NCBI RefSeq assembly: GCF_031769215.1
Contig: NW_026781924.1
Coordinates: forward strand, 248,001 to 312,000
Length of the DNA stretch: 64,000 nucleotides
Source: Ylistrum balloti
Lineage: Eukaryota
Reading direction: 5' to 3'
Below the pieces are notes generated by a model. The model had not been told where the DNA came from. It did not search any database and was given only the letters and a program-made list of their open reading frames with translations. Of this stretch, positions 55,794 to 64,000 are shown piece after piece; position 1 is the stretch's first letter; every line of letters begins with the position of its first letter. A program made the position numbers and the translations under genes.

Positions 55794-56924
55794 GTAATAA
55801 CAAATAGTTTGAAAATCATGGAAATTGTTTTTCCAAATTGGTGAGCTAAATGAAAAAGACATGGAAACAAAACAAATATTTAAACGGGGAAAAAAAAGGA
55901 AATTGAACGAAAGTTGAATGAATCTATGTCTTCTATGGCTATGCATTTTTTTCATGTCCTTAAAACTTGAAAATTACCCGATTTCTTTTTAAGCTATCCA
56001 AAATTTAGATATGAATTAAATTCAATCTGCTGAATGACAGAAAAGTAACACATTGAGTACCAAAATATGCTTTTATTTATTAATTACACAAGGAAACCCA
56101 TCTTCTGAATTTAGTCACATGATCTTAAAGAAAAGTGGAACATGATTAGGTCATTTATCTCAGTGCGTTAGCAGTGACAGATTCAAATTCATGCAAGATT
56201 TCCTTAATTGTAATTAATATCACCTTTCATCAACTTTTATCTCTGACCTCTTGCTCAGATCCTGTCCCTTGACTTTCATGATGTAAATAAATATATATTC
56301 AAGATAATCTTATTTTTAGCACTTTTTGCAGTGAAAGTATTGCACAAAAATATGATGAAGATTATTGAAATTTCTGTATTCTGTACCTTGTTTATATAGC
56401 TAAAATTGTGGAAGCACAAAATCATGTGCTAATTTGCCAAAAACTCATAAAAAGTTAAAATTTGACAGAGTACATTTACAGTAATCTGAAAGTAAAAAAT
56501 TAAAATATTGCATCCATTTATTTGTTTCATTTGTTTTGAAGTTGTTTGCTTATTCGATCAATTTAGATGATGGCTTACCTTTGCTAGGGCAAACTCAAAT
56601 ACTGCTTTAAACCATCATGGGTCATCAGGCTATTCTATTTGGATGCTGCAATTTGAATTTTAAATTGTAATCTGAAAATGAGATCATCACTGATGCATAT
56701 TAGCCATTCTCTATTACCACACTATGTAGACACATCTTTGTGTGATTGCACTTTCTATTCACTCAAGTTTTTTTCATCTCTGGTGGTTTGATGGTATAAT
56801 AACAGGTTCTATAGTAGAGACAGAAGGGGAGTGTCTTTAACCCTGTAAAGAGACAGAGTGTTGGTGTCCAGGTTGAAAAGACAGATGATGTCTTCAGACA
56901 CTTTTGATGAGTTAGATTGTATAG

Positions 56925-57590
56925 ATAGAAGGTTGGTGACCTCAGACTCTATAGACAGCAGGTTGGTGACCTCAGACTCTATAGACAGCAGGTTTGTGAC
57001 CTCAGACTCTATAGACAGCAGGTTGGTGACCTCAGACTCTATAGACAGCAGGTTGGTGTCTTCAGACTACAAACAGCAGGTTGGTGACCTCAGACTTTAT
57101 AGGCAAAAGGTTGGTGTCTAATTTCTTCTCTAAAGACAGCAGGTTGGTGTCTTCAGACTACAAACTGAAGGTTAGTATCGTCAGACTTTATAGACAAAAG
57201 GTTGGTGTCTAATTTCTTCTCTTGTGACATCATGGATGGTGTCTTCAGACTCCATAAACAGAAGGCTAGTGTCCAAGTTCTACTCTGCTTTACTAAGATG
57301 ATGGATGGTGTCTTCAGGCTATAGACAGAAGGTTGGTGTCCAAGTTCTTCTTTAGTGATGAGACAGGTGGTGTCTTCAGACTCTATAGACAGAAGGTTGG
57401 TGTCCAAGTTCTTCTTTAGTGATAAGACAGGTGGTGTCTTCAGACTCTATAGACAGAAGGTTGGTGTCCAAGTTCTTCTTTAACTCCATAGACGGAAAGT
57501 TGGTGTCTTCAATTTCTATAGACAGAAAGAAGGTTGGTGTCCAAGTTCTTCTGTAGTGGTGAGAAAGGTGGTGTCTTCAGACTCTATGGA
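56925..57590. repeat. Degenerate 30-bp-family repeats grading into the homogeneous array
   Basis: GACTCTATAGACAGCAGGTTGGTGACCTCA near-perfect copies, then diverged and expanded units sharing gactctatagacagaaggttggtgtc. Confidence 0.85.
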
Positions 57591-58677
57591 CTGAAGGTCG
57601 GTATAAACAGACTCTATAGACAGAAGGTCGGTATAAACAGACTCTATAGATAGAAGGTCGGTATAAACAGACTCTATAGACAGAAGGTCGGTATAAACAG
57701 ACTCTATAGACTGAAGGTCGGTATAAACAGACTCTATAGAATGAAGGTCGGTATAAACAGACTCTATAGACTGAAGGTCGGTATAAACAGACTCTATAGA
57801 CAGAAGGTCGGTATAAACAGACTCTATAGACAGAAGGTCAGTATAAACAGACTCTATAGACTGAAGGTCGGTATAAACAGACTCTATAGACTGAAGGTCG
57901 GTATAAACAGACTCTATAGACAGAAGGTCGGTATAAACAGACTCTATAGACTGAAGGTCGGTATAAACAGACTCTATAGACAGAAGGTCGGTATAAACAG
58001 ACTCTATAGACTGAAGGTCGGTATAAACAGACTCTATAGACAGAAGGTCGGTATAAACAGACTCTATAGACAGAAGGTCGGTATAAACAGACTCTATAGA
58101 CTGAAGGTCGGTATAAACAGACTCTATAGACAGAAGGTCGGTATAAACAGACTCTATAGACAGAAGGTCGGTATAAACAGACTCTATAGACAGAAGGTCG
58201 GTATAAACAGACTCTATAGACTGAAGGTCGGTATAAACAGACTCTATAGACTGAAGGTCGGTATAAACAGACTCTATAGACAGAAGGTCGGTATAAACAG
58301 ACTCTATAGACTGAAGGTCGGTATAAACAGACTCTATAGACAGAAGGTCGGTATAAACAGACTCTATAGACTGAAGGTCGGTATAAACAGACTCTATAGA
58401 CAGAAGGTCGGTATAAACAGACTCTATAGACTGAAGGTCGGTATAAACAGACTCTATAGACAGAAGGTCGGTATAAACAGACTCTATAGACAGAAGGTCG
58501 GTATAAACAGACTCAATAGACTGAAGGTCGGTATAAACAGACTCTATAGACAGAAGGTCGGTATAACAGACTCTATAGACAGAAGGTCGGTATAAACAGA
58601 CTCTATAGACAGAAGGTCGGTATAAACAGACTCTATAGACAGAAGGTCGGTATAAACAGACTCTATAGACAGAAGGT
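57591..58677. repeat. Homogeneous minisatellite, 30-bp unit, ~36 copies
   Basis: C(A/T)GAAGGTCGGTATAAACAGACTCTATAGA; contains the palindrome TCTATAGA; generates the spurious ORF 57741-58595. Confidence 0.97.
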
Positions 58678-59936
58678 TGTTGTCTTCATACATTATTAAT
58701 CCAGATGTGGACATTGTCTATTTTTACAATAAAAACAAAATTGTTGCCCCAATATTCCATCTCTACAACAGAAAATAAATCCAATTTCAGTCAGGTGGCA
58801 AATTTCCAATTGGTCAGGAAAAAAACGGATTGACGTTTATCTTAACAGCTGAAGAAACTTTCTGTTTACATGTATTGTGCTGAGGTAACAAGCATTTTGT
58901 GCCTGTTATGAAAGTGTTTTTAGGACAATTTTCCATGATCATATTATAACATGCCATAGAAGATACAGATTCTCTTGAAAATGAATATACAAAAGAATGG
59001 CCCATTTTTTTACATTATGCAGTTTTATGATACAAAATATGTTTGCTAGATTTTCTCTGTGTGTAATCTCAGACATCAAACTTTGATTTCTTGGGTGTTG
59101 ATTTATTCCATATTTGTTAACCCATAATGCACATTCTACTTGATTAACACGTGTTCAGCTTCATTTTCCATCAAAGGGACTAAATGGTTAAATTTTGGGT
59201 TTTTTTTCCTTATGTGTTTGATTTCGGGCAAGCATTGGAATACTTGAAATTAGACTCTTCAAAAAATTATAACATTCTCTAATGGAAATTGATAAAGATT
59301 ATTAGCTTCAAACTAATGCTACTCAAAACATGCTGTTGTGTCTACCACCCATTGCTGTTTTGATTGGAGATATTTGATTTCATCACTTGACGTTTCCGAA
59401 CCTCGTTTTCACCCGCTGTTTTGATATTATTTCCTACTATGTATAATTATATACCTGTAATTAGTCAAAACTTAATTTAACAGCCATGTTTCAGCTTTAT
59501 TATGTAAAGTGACCTCTTGTTTCATGCTGTATGCGTGACACAGTGAAATAAATGAATTTGAATTAATCTGAATCAGAAATTGCATGTGCAAAGACATTGT
59601 TTACACTCCAAATTATAATATGAATTAGTGTTGGGTCGTTCCTATTTCATGAAAAAAATTGATGTTGTTAATAAAATGGTTATGCAAATTTTAAGATATT
59701 ATAATTAATAGAAAGTACACAACTTTTAACAGACATTTAAATGTTATAATGTTTTTAATCAGTTATGAAATAAATATCTTACCATTTAGTCCCTTTAGGT
59801 GGGTCATTAAGTTTTATAAGATGTTATATTCCTCACATACTTCACAGAGTGGTGCCGTTTTTTGTGAAGGAAAAAGATAACTCTGTCTCACAGGTCGTAC
59901 AGCATACGCTAAGATGCAATATGTAATAAATTTATT

Positions 59937-62900
59937 TACAGTCAGGTGGAGATATCCCTAGCCAAACCCTTACAGTTAGGTGGAGATATCCCTAGCCAAA
60001 TCCTTACATTGGTGGAGATATCCCTAGCCAAACCCTTACAGTCAGGTGGAGATATCCCTAGCCAAAGCCATACAGTCTGGTGGAGATATCCCTAGCCAAA
60101 CCCTTACAGTCAGGTGGAGATATCCCTAGCCAAACCCTTACATTGGTGGAGATATCTCCAGCCAAACCCTTACAGTCAGGTAAAGATATCCCTAGCCAAA
60201 CCCTTACAGTCAGGTGGAGATATCCCTAGCCAAACCCTTACAGTCAGGTGGAGATATCCCTAGCCAAACCCTTACATTGGTGGAAATATCCCTAGCCAAA
60301 CCCTTACAGTCAGGTGGAGATATCCCTAGCCAAACCCTTACAGTCAGGTGGAAATATCCCTAGCCAAACCCTTACAGTCAGGTGGAAATATCCCTAGTCA
60401 AACCCTTACATTGGTGGAGATATCCCTAGCCAAACCCTTACAGTCAGGTGGAGATATCCCTAGCCAAACCCTTACAGTCAGGTGGAGATATCCCTAGCCA
60501 AACCCTTACAGTCAGGTGGAGATATCCCTAGCCAAACCCTTACAGTCAGGTGGAGATATCCCTAGCCAAACCCTTACATTGGTGGAGATATCCCTAGCCA
60601 AACCCTTACAGTCAGGTGGAGATATCCCTAGCCAAACCCTTACAGTCAGGTGGAGATATCCCTAGCCAAACCCTTACAGTCAGGTGGAGATATCCCTAGC
60701 CAAACCCTTACAGTCAGGTAGAGATATCCCTAGCCAAACCCTTACAGTCAGGTAGAGATATCCCTAGCCAAACCCTTACAGTCAGGTGGAGATATCCCTA
60801 GCCAAACCCTTACAGTCAGGTGGAGATATCCCTAGCCAAACCCTTACAGTCAGGTGGAGATATCCCTAGCCAAACCCTTACAGTCAGGTGGAGATATCCC
60901 TAGCCAAACCCTTACAGTCAGGTGGAGATATCCCTAGCCAAACCCTTACAGTCAGGTGGTGATATCCCTAGCCAAACCCTTACAGTCAAGTGGAGATATC
61001 CCTAGCCAAACCCTTACAGTCAGGTGGAGATATCCCTAGCCAAACCCTTACAGTCAGGTGGAGATATCCCTAGCCAAACCCTTACAGTCAGGTTGAGATA
61101 TCCCTAGCCAAACCCTTACAGTCAGGTGGAGATATCCCTAGCCAAACCCTTACAGTCAGGTGGAGATATCCCTAGCCAAACCCTTACAGTCAGGTGGAGA
61201 TATCCCTAGCCAAACCCTTACAGTCAGGTGGAGATATCCCTAGCCAAACCTTTACATTGGTGGTGATATCCCTAGCCAAACCCTTACAGTCAGGTGGAGA
61301 TATCCCTAGCCAAACCCTTACAGTCAGGTGGAGATATCCCTAGCCAAACCCTTACAGTCAGGTGGAGATATCCCTAGCCAAACCCTTACAGTCAGGTGGA
61401 GATATCCCTAGCCAAACCCTTACATTGGTGGAGATATCCCTAGCCAAACCCTTACAGTCAGGTGGAGATATCCCTAGCCAAACCCTTACAGTCAGGTGGA
61501 GATATCCCTAGCCAAACCCTTACAGTCAGGTGGAGATATCCCTAGCCAAACCTTTACATTGTTGGAAATATCCCTAGTCAAACCCTTACAGTCAGGTAAA
61601 GATATCCCTAGCCAAACCCTTATAGTCAGGTGGAGATATCCCTAACCAAACCCTTACATTGGTGGAGATATCCCTAGCCAAACCCTTACAGTCAGGTAGA
61701 GATATCCCTAGCCAAACCCATACAATCAGGTGGAGATATCCCTAGCCAAACCCTTACAGTCAGGTGGAGATATCCCTAGCCAAACCTTTACATTGGTGGT
61801 GATATCCCTAGCCAAACCCTCACGTTGGTGGAGATATCCCTAACCAAACCCTTACAGTCAGGTGGAGATATCCCTAACCAAACCCTTACAGTCAGGTATA
61901 TAAATCCCTAGTCAAACCCTTACAGTCAGGTCGAGATATCCCTAGCCAAACCCTTACAGTCAGGTGGAATATCCCTAGCCAAACCCTCACGTTGGTGGAG
62001 ATATCCCAAGCCAAACCTTTACATTGGTGGTGATATCCTTAGCCAAACCCTTACAGTCAGGTGGAGAAACTCTAGCCAAACCCTTACAGTCAGATGGAGA
62101 TATTACTAGTCAAACCCTCACATTAGTGGAGATATCCCTAGCCAAACCCTTACAGTCAGGTAGAGATATCCCTAGCCAAACCCTTACAGTCAGGTAGAGA
62201 TATCCCTAGCCAAACCCTTATAGTCAGGTGGAGATATCCCTAGCCAAACCCATACAGTCAGGTGGAATATCCCTAGCCAAACCCTCACGTTGGTGGAGAT
62301 ATCCCAAGCCAAACCTTTACATTGGTGGTGATATCCTTAGCCAAACCCTTACAGTCAGGTGGAGAAACTCTAGCCAAACCCTTACAGTCAGATGGAGATA
62401 TCCCTAGCCAAACCCTTACAGTCAGGTGGAGATATCCCTAGCCAAACCCTTACAGTCAGGTAGAGATATCCCTAGCCAAACCCTTACAGTCAGGTAGAGA
62501 TATCCCTAGTCAAACCCTTACAGTCAGGTTGAGATATCCCTAGTCAAACCCTTACAGTCAGGTAAAGATATCCCTAGCCAAACCCATACAGTCAGGTGGA
62601 GATATCCCTAGCCAAACCCTTACATTGTTGGAAATATCCCTAGTCAAACCCTTACAGTCAGGTGGAGATATCCCTAGTCAAACCCTTACAGTCAGGTAAA
62701 GATATCCCTAGCCAAACCCATACAGTCAGGTGGAGATATCCCTAGCCAAACCCTTACATTGTTGGAAATATCCCTAGTCAAACCCTTACAGTCAGGTTGA
62801 GATATCCCTAGCCAAACCCTTACAGTCAGGTGGAGATATCCCTAGCCAAACCCTTACAGTCAGGTAGAGATATCCCTAGCCAAACCCTTACAGTCAGGTA

Positions 62901-63353
62901 GAGATATCCCTAGCCAAACCCTTACAGTCAGGTGGAGATATCCCTAGCAAAACCCTTACAGTCAGGTGGAGATATCCCTAGCAAAACTGTTACAGTCAGG
63001 TGGAGGTATCCCTAGCCAAACCCTTACAGTCAGGTGGAGATATCCCTAGCCAAACCCTTACAGTCAGGTGGAGATATCCCTAGCCAAACCCTTACAGTCA
63101 GGTGGAGATATCCCTAGCCAAACCCATACAGTCAGGTGGAGATATCCCTAGCCAAACCCTTACAGTCAGGTGGAGATATCCCTAGCCAAACCCTTACAGT
63201 CAGGTGGAGATATCCCTAGCCAAACCCTTACAGTCAGGTGGAGATATCCCTAGCCAAATATCCCTAGCCAAACCCTTACAGTCAGGTGGAGATATCCCTA
63301 GCCAAACCCTTACAGTCAGGTGGAGATATCCCTAGCCAAACCCTTACAGTCAG
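59937..63353. repeat. Minisatellite, 34-bp unit with 32-bp variant, about 100 copies
   Basis: CAGTCAGGTGGAGATATCCCTAGCCAAACCCTTA; variant CATTGGTGGAGATATCCC... Confidence 0.97.
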
Positions 63354-64000
63354 ATGAGCCAGGGAGGAAACAGACTGATATACATGAATGCTTCTGTTAA
63401 ATTGACAGATAAAGGGATTGCACCAACTTTGGTTACACTTTGTCTTGACTTTAGCTCCATTTTCATAAGCGGAAATCTTTTTGTTATCTCATTTTTTTAC
63501 CAGGTACATTAATCTATTCTTGGTTGTATATTTATCCTCTTGGTTTTTCAGTGTTTTTCCTCAAAACCTTGTCTAATTTTCTCACCAATCTGTTGTGAAT
63601 TTTTTTATGGAGGACTTTTTAAATCACCCATCATCTGTAGTCTTTCATTGTGTCTGTCATAATTTTATATGTAATATCTCCTTGGTCACAAGTTGTCTGT
63701 CATCCATTTTGAGAACTAAATGGCTATTAGGTGGCCATCTTGGATTTTGCTAGTTTGCTTCAGGAGGGATCATTTTTTAATTTAAAAAGTTTGTTTCCAT
63801 TTGTTTCCTAATTGTACATAACTGAGACTTATTGTGAAGAATGGTGTTTCCATTTTTTTTTTTTTTTTAACCTAACTTCACTTTCTTGAAACAATGTATA
63901 TCATCTCCATGTGTTTGGTCTTATCTGATGTAACAATATTGATTACACCTGTACAAGGTATTCCATTATTGTGACAAACAACAGGGCAAACTGACTTTCA

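Noticed and set aside
57741-58595. 284-aa ORF (KVGINRLYR[Q/L])n
   Set aside because: It is the product of a 30-bp stop-free repeat unit, with no unique flanking coding sequence or credible splice context.
59937-63353. CRISPR-like 34-bp repeats
   Set aside because: Head-to-tail monomers without spacers, and no cas genes.

Overview
AT-rich, intron-dense animal genomic DNA, probably a bivalve mollusc (inferred from Helentron-type dispersed repeats and gene style). It is not prokaryotic, so most ORF-track entries are exon fragments or noise. Four genes were assembled by hand from splice sites with consistent phases: (1) the terminal exon of an ankyrin-repeat/SOCS-box gene (+, 654-1863); (2) a 21-exon SENP6/7-type SUMO protease (-, 27988->6622, ~1566 aa) with a long N-terminus carrying RG-rich, AT-hook-like, CxxC and SIM-like motifs, and one probable GC-AG intron; (3) a complete 6-exon peroxiredoxin-4 (-, 38608->34882, 247 aa); (4) a CCDC181-like gene (+, from 45649, 3' end not found). 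Introns hold several large, unrelated minisatellite arrays (41, 59, 29, 30 and 34 bp units); the 59-bp array multiplies a real splice donor six times. Three small CAGGG-terminated DNA elements are present, two with exact 5-bp target duplications. ETS/CRE composite motifs sit at the putative promoters. No CRISPR array, intact tRNA/rRNA gene or clearly novel multi-gene system was found; the findings are modest-scale oddities.
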